From: Octopus vulgaris
Taxonomy: Eukaryota
Length of the DNA: 64,000 nt
Reading direction: 5' to 3'
Assembly: GCA_951406725.2 (NCBI GenBank)
Contig: OX597819.1
Location: 15,562,001-15,626,000 of the forward strand
The position numbers and the translations under genes were made by a program. How positions within the stretch are numbered: position 1 is the stretch's first letter; each line of letters begins with the position of its first letter. Of the stretch, positions 25,911 to 36,758 are shown piece after piece. Below the pieces are notes generated by a model that saw only the letters and a list, made by a program, of their open reading frames with translations, was not told the DNA's origin and searched no databases.

Positions 25911-26814
25911 CTTAAAAACAAAAAGATAGATTATAGCCCCAAACATTCCAAACATCTTAAGTTCTGTAGATCTATTTTGTCTCACTCAGTTTGAGTACAG
26001 AGGTGAGAGACTATGCAGATGACCTACTGATCACAGGTTCAAATCTACTCACAGTACTTTGAATCTTTACACACTTTATCAATCAACATACAAGGACAGC
26101 AGTCTGTCTATGCTATGGATGTCATGTCCTTTAGACGTGCAGGTAGCACGTAAAAACACCTTTTGAGCATGGTCATTGCCAGAACCGCCTGACTAGCCCT
26201 TGTGCTGGTGGTATGTAAAAAGCACCCACTACACTCTCGGAGTGGTTGGCATTAGGAAGGGCATCCAGCTGTAGAAACTTTGCCAGATCAGATTGAGCCA
26301 GGTGCAACCTCTGGCTCACCAGTCCTCAGTCAAACTGACCAGCCCATGGCAGCATGGAAAGCGGACGTTAAATGATGATGATGGTGATGATGATGATGAT
26401 CAATTTTCCACAATATGCCATCTCTAGTTTCAATTTAAATGTGGGAATATTCACCATCATTGCTGTAATGTCCACATTTCCATGCTTGCACAGACTGGAT
26501 GAAGTGTACTAAGGCAGATTTTCAACAGCTGGATGCGCTTCCTGTTGCCAACACTTGTTTGAAGCAAGGCAATATTTCCCTGCAGCCAGATATGTTTTTG
26601 CAGAATATTGGAAATGAATTTCTTTACAAGAATTGTGCAATGTCAAGACAAGGGTACACAAACACTCTTGCACATACATATACACAAATGATGGTCTCCT
26701 TTCACTTTCCATCAACCAAATCCACTCACAAGGTTTTGGTTGGCTCAGGGCTACATTGTTGGAAGAAACTGTTTTTACAGAGATGTCCTTTACTATTTAC
26801 AGAACCTTCAATGT

Positions 26815-26930
26815 TGTTGTTGTTATTATTATTCAGGGCACTGCCTGGAATTGAACTCGGAATCTTGGGGTTAGTAGCCTGTGCTCTTAACCACTACGCC
26901 ATATGCCCACGGGCATATGGCAGTGACCAC

Positions 26931-26962
<32 letters not shown>

Positions 26963-27097
26963 TGCCATTAGGAATGAGAACCCAGGTTCGAAATTTCCCC
27001 AAGACACCTGATGAAGGCTGGAGAGTACATCAGCCGAAAAGTGTTAACAACAAACAAGATGAGGATAAATATCCATCAAATGTAAATAATGTAAATG
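26815..27097. mobile_element. Palindromic tRNA-head/hammerhead element, copy B
   Basis: Inverted tRNA head, centre GCCATATGCCCACGGGCATATGGC, deletion at a GGC microhomology, then (AAT)n and a hammerhead arm (27003-27045) that has lost the CGTT cleavage segment. Confidence 0.75.
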
Positions 27098-27171
27098 GAC
27101 TATATGATCACTGATGGCTGGCCATGGCTGGCTGGCCTTATTAGTAATTCTCAAAGAATTTATCAACAAAC

Positions 27172-27349
27172 CTTCTTGACTGTGAATCTTCTTTGTTTAG
27201 AATATCTTTTAGGGGTAGGAGAGCAGATGCCTCAGTTGGTGTCACAGACTTAGAATCCGTCGATCTAGTATCACCATCTTCCTGAGTGGTTCCACCTATA
27301 GCACCAAGTTCAGCCGGAGATGTTGCTTTGTCTTTCATCAAAGTTGGCT
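27172..27349 (-). CDS. pcnx: Pecanex exon (178 nt, phase 1-2)
   Basis: TATTTTCAG|AG acceptor; weak AG|GTTTGT donor gives the phase 2 needed by the next exon; KPTLMKDKATSPAELG...EDSQSR. Confidence 0.7.
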
Positions 27350-27467
27350 CTGAAAATAGATTTTAGCAACCAACACATGCAGATCAAATCAAATAAGGAT
27401 TTCTAAAAGACAAGGAAGCAATAAAATTTCTAAAATATCTTAAATACATTAACAGAAAAATTATTAC

Positions 27468-27853
27468 ATAGGCGCAGGAGTGGATGTGTGGTAAGTTTCT
27501 TGGTTACCAACCAAATGGTTCAAAGTTCAGTCCCACTACATAGCACCTTCGACAAGTGCCTTCTGTTATGGCCCCAGGCTGACCAAAGCCTTGTGAGTAG
27601 ATTTGGTAGGGGGAAACTGAAAGGAGCCTGTCGTATATGTGTGAGAGTGTGCTCGCACTTGTGTTTGTCCCCCCCCAACATCACTTGACAACCAATGCTA
27701 ATGTGTTTACATCTCCGTAACCTAGCAGTTCAGCAAAATAGAGTGATAAAATAAGTACTAGGCTTACAAAGAATAAGTTCTGGGGTCGATTTGTTCAACT
27801 AAAGGCAGGGCTCCAGCCTGGCCACAGCCAAATGACTGAAACAAATAAAAGAG
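27468..27853 (+). mobile_element. tRNA-derived SINE family 1 (more diverged)
   Basis: Same architecture. Partial copies also at about 2530-2650(-), 6765-6920(-) and 35106-35265(+). Confidence 0.85.
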
Positions 27854-27867
27854 TTACCAGATGCATT

Positions 27868-27958
27868 CTAAGCCATTTGAGGAAGCTATTATCTTTGCTA
27901 GCAACAATGGGATTTTCTCTTCAAGTGAAGGATAAAATTCATGAGGCTTGTTTCCAAA
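27868..27958 (+). mobile_element. Old RTE LINE ORF2 fragment
   Basis: LRKLLSLLATMGFSLQVKDKIHEAC aligns with FRELLSLLVTKSLSLRVKCKLYDAC of the 32-kb copy. Confidence 0.6.
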
Positions 27959-28529
27959 ATGAGATATCATCATCAGCAGCAGCAGCTTCATCAATGTGGA
28001 CGATGAATATGGAGGACGTACACAATAAGTGTGTACAGAAATGAGGTAAGTATGCATATCCAGTGGATACGCATTATCAGTGTAAATGATTGATGGAGTG
28101 CAAGTGAAGAGAAAGAAAAACTGAGTGTGTGAGGAATTAGATGGCTCTCCTGGTCTGGACAGTTGGAAGCTGACATTTGGTGAAGAAAGTATGAAGTGAT
28201 CCAGGTGGATAGAACATGTAGAAGAGGAAGAATGTGAAAGAGAGAAGTGATGAAGGCTGAGCTCAAAAGGAAGAACTTCGTGGAAAAAAGTAACAAATGG
28301 ACAGCAACAAGAAACATGAAAGCATGGAAAATTGAATGTCAAAGGATGAGGAGGATTTATATATATAAAATTTGGTCTCATCTATAATCTGTCACAGTAA
28401 AATTAATAAGTCTGACCTTTTAACCTGCTTTCTTTGCTTTGGTCCTCATTTCGGTAATATGATTTTTCTGTAAAATAGAAATAATACATTACTAAATCTC
28501 TCTGCGAGATTTATACAGTGGTAACACAA

Positions 28530-28669
28530 TAAAGTGGTGGTATGCTGTCGACTTAATGTAACAGTCCCATGAAAGGGAAGAATACTACTGCATCCTAAGG
28601 CTAAATAGCAGTAGTATTATTCCTTTTCATGGGACTGTCACATTAAGTTGACAACATACCACCACTTTA
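28530..28669. repeat. Imperfect inverted repeat (about 62-bp arms, 16-nt loop), fold-back element
   Basis: TAAAGTGGTGGTATG...TACTACTGC / GCAGTAGTA...CATACCACCACTTTA; a single-arm relative lies at about 35331-35442. Confidence 0.85.
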
Positions 28670-29465
28670 AAAATGGAAATAATTTACAGTAAAAACACAC
28701 CATATATATAAATTAAATATGAAAATTTACAATTTTTCATTGCTTTTTTTGTAGTTGATAATTATACACACACATACACACACAGGTTTGATAATACAGA
28801 AGAAATAGTGTTCAGTATGTGTGTATGTGTATATACGAGTACTGTCACACAAAACAGATCCTGTTAGTGGCACTGTCATCATCATCATCATCATCATCGT
28901 TTAGCGTCCGCTTTCCATGTTGGCATGGGTTGGACGGTGCAACTGGGGTCTGGGAAGCCAGAAGGCTGCACCAGGCCCAGTCTGATCTGGCAATGTTTCT
29001 ACGGCTGGATGCCCTTCCTAACGCCAACCACTCCATGAGTGTAGTGGGTGCTTTTTACGTGCCACCGGCACAGGTGCCAGACGAGGTTGGCAAACGGCCA
29101 CGATCGACAATATAAAATGTCACAAAAAGCAGTTAGTAACTTCCAAGACTTGATGACTAAGTGGTGGGTCTTTTCAAGTGTCCAGTTTAAAATCTCTACC
29201 ATTGCAAAAGCATTATGGAATATGGTTCTTATTGAACAAGAATAGCACAGACTTCTTTCAGTCTGCTAAGCTATTCCTTTAATACTCTAGCTGTAATCAG
29301 AGCACCAGTATATGCAACATTCTTGTCAATTCCAAGATATTGGCAGCATTTAACATTGGAGTTAAAGCAAATAGACAGATTATTGGTATCCATGTTCCTT
29401 GCCTAGTCAACAATTTTATCTCAACTAACTACCTAATATAAACATTCGTCCTGTTCTTCCGTCTT

Positions 29466-30090
29466 TGCTGGTGCCACATAAAAAGCACCCTTGTTGGTGC
29501 CATGTAAAAAAGCACCCATGCTGGTGCCATGTAAAAAGCACCTGTGCTGGCATTACATAAAAAGCACCTGTGCTGGCATTACATAAAAAGCACCTGTGCT
29601 GGCATTACATAAAAAGCACCTGTGCTGGTGTCACATAAAAAGCACCTGTGCTGGCATTACATAAAAAGCACCTGTGCTGGCATTACATAAAAAGCACCTG
29701 TGCTGGTGCCACATAAAAAAGCACCTGTGCTGGTGCCACATAAAAAGCACCTGTGCTGGCATTACATAAAAAGCACCTGTGCTGGCATTACATAAAAAGC
29801 ACCTGTGCTGGTGTCACATAAAAAGCACCTGTGCTGGCATTACATAAAAAGCACCTGTGCTGGCATTACATAAAAAGCACCTGTGCTGGTGCCACATAAA
29901 AAAGCACCTGTGCTGGTGCCACATAAAAAGCACCTGTGCTGGCATTACATAAAAAGCACCTGTGCTGGCATTACATAAAAAGCACCTGTGCTGGTGCCAC
30001 ATAAAAAGCACCTGTGCTGGCATTACATAAAAAGCATCTGTGCTGGTGCCATGTAAAAAGACCTGTGATGGTGCCATGTAAAAAGCACCT
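29466..30090 (+). repeat. 26-bp minisatellite (about 24 units) inside an RTE-tail element
   Basis: Unit CTGG(CATTAC/TGCCAC/TGTCAC)ATAAAAAGCACCTGTG, followed by the standard tail to about 30248. Confidence 0.95.
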
Positions 30091-30382
30091 GGTACACTCA
30101 GTAAAAGTGGTTGGCATTAAGAAGAGCATTCAGTCGAAGAAAGCATAGCAAAACGAGTGGAGCCTCAGGCAGCTCTTTGGCTTGCCAGTTCCAGTCAAAC
30201 TGTCCAACCCATGCCAGCACGGAAAACAGAAGTGGACTGATGATGATCACTTGAATATAGCTGAAGGTGATCAACATCACAAAACGGTTTAGTGATTATT
30301 TCTGTCTCCTCTGCACATTCTATCACGTAGCCTTTGCCTTTCCTTGACAAGGATGAAAAAGAGCAAGGGTGCTGAAACTTAC

Positions 30383-30517
30383 TGGTTGGCTGAACAACAG
30401 CTTTCAGTTTGCGCATCTTCTCAGGAAATTCATTGTTATCATCTAAAATTTCAATGATGTTTCGACAAAGAGTTTCTGGATCGGGTGGATCCGGAGACGC
30501 TCCAAACGGCCCTTCAT
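30383..30517 (-). CDS. pcnx: Pecanex exon (135 nt, phase 1-1)
   Basis: ATTGCAG|ATG acceptor, ACCA|GTAAGT donor; DEGPFGASPDPPDPETLCRNIIEILDDNNEFPEKMRKLKAVVQPT. Confidence 0.8.
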
Positions 30518-31310
30518 CTGCAATTGTGAGGATAAACAGATAATATATAAATAAATTACAGAAGTGAATCTGCCAACAAAATATGCACAACAGATCCAAG
30601 TTTAACAGAATCTAAACAGATGACCAGAACAACAGATTCACACACATGGATAGGAAATCCCAGATGATTTCAACAGGTCAAAAATACATTATCAAAAGAT
30701 ACAAGCTGCTAGAAATAGCAGCTTAATCTTCTTGAAATTATATCTTAGCACCTTAACTGATGAAGATCACAAAGGATACATTCAATAATGTTGTACCAGA
30801 TATATTGACCAGTGTTGGGTTAGGGTTAAACAAATATAACCCTAAAACATCAACTTTATACAATAGTTAGGTCAGACAAACAGGACAGCCAAAAGTCACT
30901 TATTCTACAATTGAGGTCAAGGGGCCAAAATCTGACCACCACCACCACTACCCTCGGTCATGTGACCATAAAAACACTCAGAGATAAAAAGTTTAATAGA
31001 CACTGATTTTAAAGACTGAATAAATACAATGACAAACCAGAAGAGAGAGAGTCTGTTATATGGGGGGGGGGGCAGTTTCCACACCTGTCCCACTGAGACC
31101 CTTGCAGAAAACAACAGGTGCCACAGATCTAAATCTATTGGTAAAACCCTAACAACACTACATCACAACAAGGCCCAAGAGAAGTGACAGATGAAGGTTA
31201 CACTGAGTGAAAATTGTAGACTGAGTGACCAAGCAGATAGTAACTTGCAGTGAGGGTAGAAACAGTACCTTCAAGGGTTTTCACAGGGGATTGCTAACCC
31301 CAACAAAACA

Positions 31311-32743
31311 TCCGCTTTCCATGCTAGCATGGGTTGGACAGTTTGACTGTGGGCTGGCGAAACAGATAGCTGCACCAAGCTCCAGTCTTGATCTGGCAGA
31401 GTTTCTACAGCTGGATGCCCTTCCTAACGCCAACCACTCCGAGAGTGTAGTGGGTGCTTTTACGTGCCACCGGCACAGGGGCCAGTCATTTGGTACTGGC
31501 AACGACCTCGCTCGAATTTTTTACACATGCCAACAGCACAGGTACCAGTAAGGCGATGCTAGTAATGATCCCGCTTGAATGGTGCCTCCTACACGCCACC
31601 GGCACGGAAGCCAGTTAGCCGCTCTGGCAACGATCATGCTCAGATGGTGCTCTTAGCACCCTACTAGCACGGGGCACAAGTGCCAGTAATGCGAGGCTGG
31701 CAACAATCACGCTCGTATGGTGCTTGTGCCCATCATCAAATTTCACTTTGATTTTGATTTTGGTTTCGATTTCACTTGCCTCAACAGGTCTTCGCAAGCA
31801 GAGATTAGTGTTCAAAGAAGGAAAAGGTATGCACAGGTGGGCTGGTTACACCCCTGGTACAGGCAAACGAGGTTACGGTCTCATTTGGCTTGCCAGGTCT
31901 TCTCAGGCACAGCATATTTCCAAAGGTCTCGGTCACTAGTCATTTCCTTGCTGAGGCCTAAAGTTTAAAGGTTGTGCTTCACCACCTCATCCACAGGTTC
32001 CCTCAACCGCTAGGGTGTGGCACTTTTTCACACAGCTATTCACATCCATTCTCACTACATGACCATACCAGCACAGTCATCTCTCTTGCACACCACATCT
32101 GATGCTTCTGAGGTCCAACTTTTCTCTCAAGGTAGTTACACTCTGTCGAGTATGCACACTGACATTACACATCCATCAGATCATACTAGCTTCATTCCTT
32201 GCAAGCTTACGCATGTCCTCAGCAGTCACGGCCCATGTTTCACTGCCATGTAGCATGGCTGTTTGTACACATGCGTCATACAGTTTACATTTTACTCTGA
32301 GCGAGAGGCTCTTTGTCACCAACAGAGATAAAAGCTCTCTGAACTTTGCCCAAGCTATTCTTATTCTAGCAGCTACACTTTCAGAGCACCCTTCCCCGCT
32401 ACTGACTTGGTCACCTAGGTAACGGAAGCTATCAACTACTTCTAGTTTTTCTCCCTGGAATGTGGCGGAAGTTGTTCTCTGCGCATTGTCAGTGTTTATT
32501 GCACCCGAGCATCTGCCACATACAAAAGCTATCTTCCCAGTTAGCCTCCCTTTGATATTGCTGCACCTCTTATGTGTCCATAGCTTACACTGGGTACATC
32601 TTATAGAATTTCTACCTACACCTCTACTACAGATCGAGCAGGGCCATCTACCTGAAGGAATTTGTGGTTTGCCTGCCTTCCTGCTTATTAGGACTTTGGT
32701 TTTAGCTACGTTGACTCTAAGGCCCTTTGATTCTAATCCTTGT
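31311..32743 (-). mobile_element. 5'-truncated RTE-clade LINE (RT C-terminal part, PHD-like finger, 3' UTR); pseudogenized
   Basis: Translates LESKGLRVNVAKTKVL...VVDSFRYLGD...RIRIAWAKFRELL...MLHGSETW...WYGHVVRM...DRDLWKYAV with a stop and deletions. Runs into the tail shared by many dispersed repeats in the window. Confidence 0.9.
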
Positions 32744-33813
32744 TGAATGATTGATATTAAAGGATAGTTAGCAACAGGAGCAGCAACAATTATCTACTGC
32801 TGTTGTTGTTGTTGTTTAACCTGTCATCTCCGATTCACAAGACCAGTTGTACCATTCAGTATTTTCCCTTCTTGCAATAATGCACATTATCTAATGGATT
32901 CACACTATTTTTATCTCTTTTGTTACCAACCCGGCTGAAACTGGCTCTGGTCCTGTAGTACAAATGTCTTGTTTACATAAGTTTTGAATTAAAATCTTCC
33001 ACCAAACCTTATTTACAATTTATGCTCCTAACACTAGCTAAATCATAACTAAGATATTTTACTAAATTCTTTGTTATATGTAAAATTAATTGAAAGAAAC
33101 ACAGAGAATCTTAACAGAAATATGATAACAACAGGGTTAAAATATATAATAGACAAACAATTCGATACCAACCTGGCTGAAACCACCTCTGGCTCTGTAG
33201 TACAAATGTCTTGTTTTCATAAATTCTGAATTAAAATCGTCCATGAAACCTGAGTCACAATTTATGTTCCTAACACTAGCTGAATGATAACTAAGTTCTT
33301 TGTTATATTTAAAATTAATTCAAAGAACCACAGAGCATCTCAAAATACATTACGGTAATAAAAGGGTTGAGAGAGAAGGGTGTGGTTTAAGGGAGATTTA
33401 GTTGTTATTTCAGCCTAACATAATAAAACATGCCCAATATCTATGCCAACTGAGGTATGTAGAGTTAAATGACACATCTACAGTATATATAACATTCTCC
33501 ATAGATCCCAATATCTATGTCAAGTGAGGTGTGTAGAATCAAGTTCACATCCGCAGTATATATAGCATTCTCAACATAGCTACTTCTAACTTGTAAATTA
33601 ACTCAAATGCTGAAGAGGACATAAAGGAAGATAATCTCAAGAATTCTCCTGACTGGACATCTATTAAAGAAAGGAATATATTGTCTGGACACAAGAGGAC
33701 AGCTGTAAATTCATGTTCTGCCTCAATAGGTGTCACCAGCATAGCAATAGTCCAATCTTATCATCTGTAGCCAGGGGACTTAGACTAATACAGAAGTGAG
33801 TAGAACACATTAA

Positions 33814-34032
33814 CCCTTTAGTATTTAAACCGGCCATATCCGGCCAAAATAGTTAATCTGTTTTATGTTCAAACTGACCAGATCCAGGCTCTCACACCTA
33901 CCCTACAATGTTATTCTACATTAGGTAATTACACCATCAAGATCTTGAAGCTATGAGATAATGCATGATTAAATCAAATCAATGGGAATCAATAGGCATT
34001 GTGTTTGATTGAATAATCTGAACACTAAAGGG
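33814..34032. mobile_element. piggyBac-type MITE family B, second copy
   Basis: TTAA|CCCTTTAGT...ACTAAAGGG|TTAA; internal sequence similar to 17450-17667. Confidence 0.85.
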
Positions 34033-34227
34033 TTAAGGGCCTAGATAATTTGCATAATTTAAGCAAAAATGAGCTGAAAGTAAGAACTCAGAGTGGCCAG
34101 TGGCATGTATTTGAACAATATAGAGAAATACAGGTCTATCAAATACCATAGATTTGTAAAAAAATTATCTTCACCTCTAGATGATGTGGTACCAACAACT
34201 CTATTGCTAACTAAATACCAACAGTCT

Positions 34228-34555
34228 ACATTATTTACATTTGACGGACATTTGTCCTCATCTTGTTTGTTGTTTACACAATGTTTCGGCTGATATACCC
34301 TCCAGCCTTCATCAGGTGTCTTGCGGAAATTTCAAACCTGGCTTCTCATCCCTAAGGTATTTTTCATTGTTGTTGTCATTGTTATTATTATTATTATTAT
34401 TATTAATTATTATTATTATTATTCAGGTCACTGTCTGGAATCGAACTCGGAATCTTGGGGTTAGTAGCCCACGCTCTTAACCACTACGCCATATCCGTCA
34501 AATGTAAATAATGTAAACAATATACATAATTCCTCATCTCTTAGATACAGATCTG
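34228..34555. mobile_element. Palindromic tRNA-head/hammerhead element, copy C
   Basis: Nearly full minus-strand arm with A box TGGCGTAGTGG, B box GTTCGATTCC and hammerhead. Right arm deleted at an ATAT microhomology. 12-bp direct repeat TACCAACAGTCT at 34216-34227 and 34556-34567. Confidence 0.85.
34275..34320 (-). ncRNA. Minimal type I hammerhead ribozyme motif (sense to the pcnx pre-mRNA)
   Basis: GACAC-CTGATGA-A-GGCTG(GAGGGTATAT)CAGCC-GAAACATT-GTGT; perfect stem II, one transition in stem III. Confidence 0.7.
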
Positions 34556-34609
34556 TACCAACAGTCTGTTTAAAGAACAGAGAAGTCAAAAGAGCAATAG
34601 TTTTCTTAC

Positions 34610-34903
34610 CTGATGGACTACTGGATAAATTCTGTGACTGTAGTTGTGGGTCAGCAGACTGCTTCAAGGAGTATTTCTTTGGAATGGCGCCACAGTGCTT
34701 CAAATCAAGTTCGTCTTGACTGGGGCTGCTTGGTGATGTGTTGTCGTGTTCCTTAAGCAAGTGATACTGACCGGGCTGTTCGCGGTCTCCAGCTGGGCTT
34801 ATGTCATCATCAAAGCCGTCACCACCCGTTGCGGCGGGGCTTGTGTCATCATTGGTGATTGTGCTCGTCGACTCAGACACCTCGAGTTGAGAGCGACTCT
34901 CAC
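34610..34903 (-). CDS. pcnx: Pecanex exon (294 nt, phase 1-1), low-complexity region
   Basis: CTCTGGTCAG|GTG acceptor, TCAG|GTAAGA donor; open frame GESRSQLEV...NLSSSPS; GC-richer than flanks. Confidence 0.8.
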
Positions 34904-36006
34904 CTGACCAGAGATATGGAGACACATATAGAAACAGATAGACACATGCACACAACTGTACACTCTCACATACACACACACACACACACAAAAAAAAAAA
35001 AACTATGTGATTGTCTGTAAATGTTGGTGTGTAATGGTGTATAAATGTATTTGTGTGTCTACACCCACACACATTTATACACGCAAGGTCTGATCAAAAC
35101 ATTATCAGGAGTGGCTGTATGGTAAGTAGCTTGCTTCCCAACCACATGGTTTTGGGTTCAGTCTCACTGCGTGGCACCTTGGGCAATTGTCTTCTACTAT
35201 AGCCTCGGGCCAACCAAAGCCTTGTTAGTGGATTTGGTAAACGGAAACTGAAAGAAGCCCATCATATATATATATATATGAAAACATAAGGACACAGGAA
35301 ATGTGTCAAGTCCAACGGGAAACGGAGTTTCCTAAGACTAAATAACAGTAGCATTCTTCCCTTTCATGGGACTGTCACATAAGTTGACAACATACTATCA
35401 CTTTATTGAGCTGCTACTGCATAAATCTCTCTGAGAGATTTAGAAATATCTTATATCTAAGTCTATGGTGTCCATGAATTTCACAGAGGACTCACTTTAT
35501 TTGATGCCAGAATGTAATACTGTTATGGCCAGACGTACTGACAACTTGTAAGAATTTACATCAGGAGATCAGCAAAACTACCTGCAGATGAAACATCTTA
35601 CAAGTTGTCTGTTACTCTTGAATTAAAACTATATACATATATATATATATATAGTCGTGTAAAGAATAGTATATTAATAATAATACTAATGTTAGTCAGA
35701 AAAAATGAAGTTATTATTCCTTAGTTTATTTATATACCGGAACAGAAAGTTTTCAAATTTCAAATTCTCCAATAAAAGAAAGTAAAATGAAGTAGAATAT
35801 TGATGCTATTACATTTAAGAATTTTCATGCTGTGCTTGAGAAATCTTGTGCCTTTAGGCACAAACATTGCATTTCCTTATAAAATTTTAAGACTTTCTGT
35901 ACTTGTATACAAATAAACTAAGGAACAATCCCTTCACTTCTTCTCACTAATCTTATAAGAAACACACATGTATGCGTGTGTGTGTTTGCTAAAACATTAA
36001 ATTTGT

Positions 36007-36037
<31 letters not shown>

Positions 36038-36342
36038 ACACACACATATAGATATACACACAAATTTCATGCTCACTGATTTCTGCTCTTCACATATGTA
36101 ATGAACTCTCCTATCAAGAACAATCTCCATGTCCGACTGTTGCTCAACTGACCAATGTTTTCACCGAATTATTATGTGGAATGACTGAGTACACCACAGG
36201 CACATGCTCTTAATAATTCTCAAGTAGAATCAGCTTGACAATGGTGGACATTTGAATTACTGGTATAATCCATCTAACAACCTTCTATGATTTCCTTTTC
36301 AAGCTTGAAAATCAATACAAATATAGAACTAAAGATCTCATT

Positions 36343-36758
36343 TTTTAAAAATATTTACATTTGACGGATATTTATCCTCATCTTATTTATTGTTAATACA
36401 ACGTTTCAGCTGATATACCCTCCAGCCTTCATCAGGTGTCTTGGGGAAATTTCGAACCTGGGTTCTCATTCTTAAGGTATTTTTCGATGTTATTATTATG
36501 ATTATTATTATTATTCAGGTCACTGCCTGGAATCGAACTCAGAATAATAATAATAATTAAAAAAAAAAATAATAATAATAATATCGAAAAATACCTTAGG
36601 AATGAGAACCCAGGTTCGAAATTTCCCCAAGACACCTGATGAAGGCTGGAGGGTATACCAGCTGAAATGTTGTGTTAACAACAAACAAGATGAGGACAAA
36701 TATCCATCAAATGTAAATAATGTAAATAATTCCTCATCTCTTACATACAGAACTGTTT
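36343..36758. mobile_element. Palindromic tRNA-head/hammerhead element, copy D (both hammerhead arms kept, centre deleted)
   Basis: About 150-bp inverted arms with hammerheads at 36395-36440 (-) and 36631-36676 (+). 13-bp direct repeat TAAAGATCTCATT at 36330-36342 and 36759-36771. Confidence 0.85.

Noticed and set aside
29466-30090. CRISPR-like regular repeat array (also 4120-4610)
   Set aside because: Units are contiguous with no unique spacers, there are no cas genes, and the context is a eukaryotic intron; the repeats derive from an RTE 3' UTR.
30195-30382. ORF extension beyond exon 30383-30517
   Set aside because: A strong GTAAGT donor sits at 30382 and the extension runs into an RTE-tail repeat.
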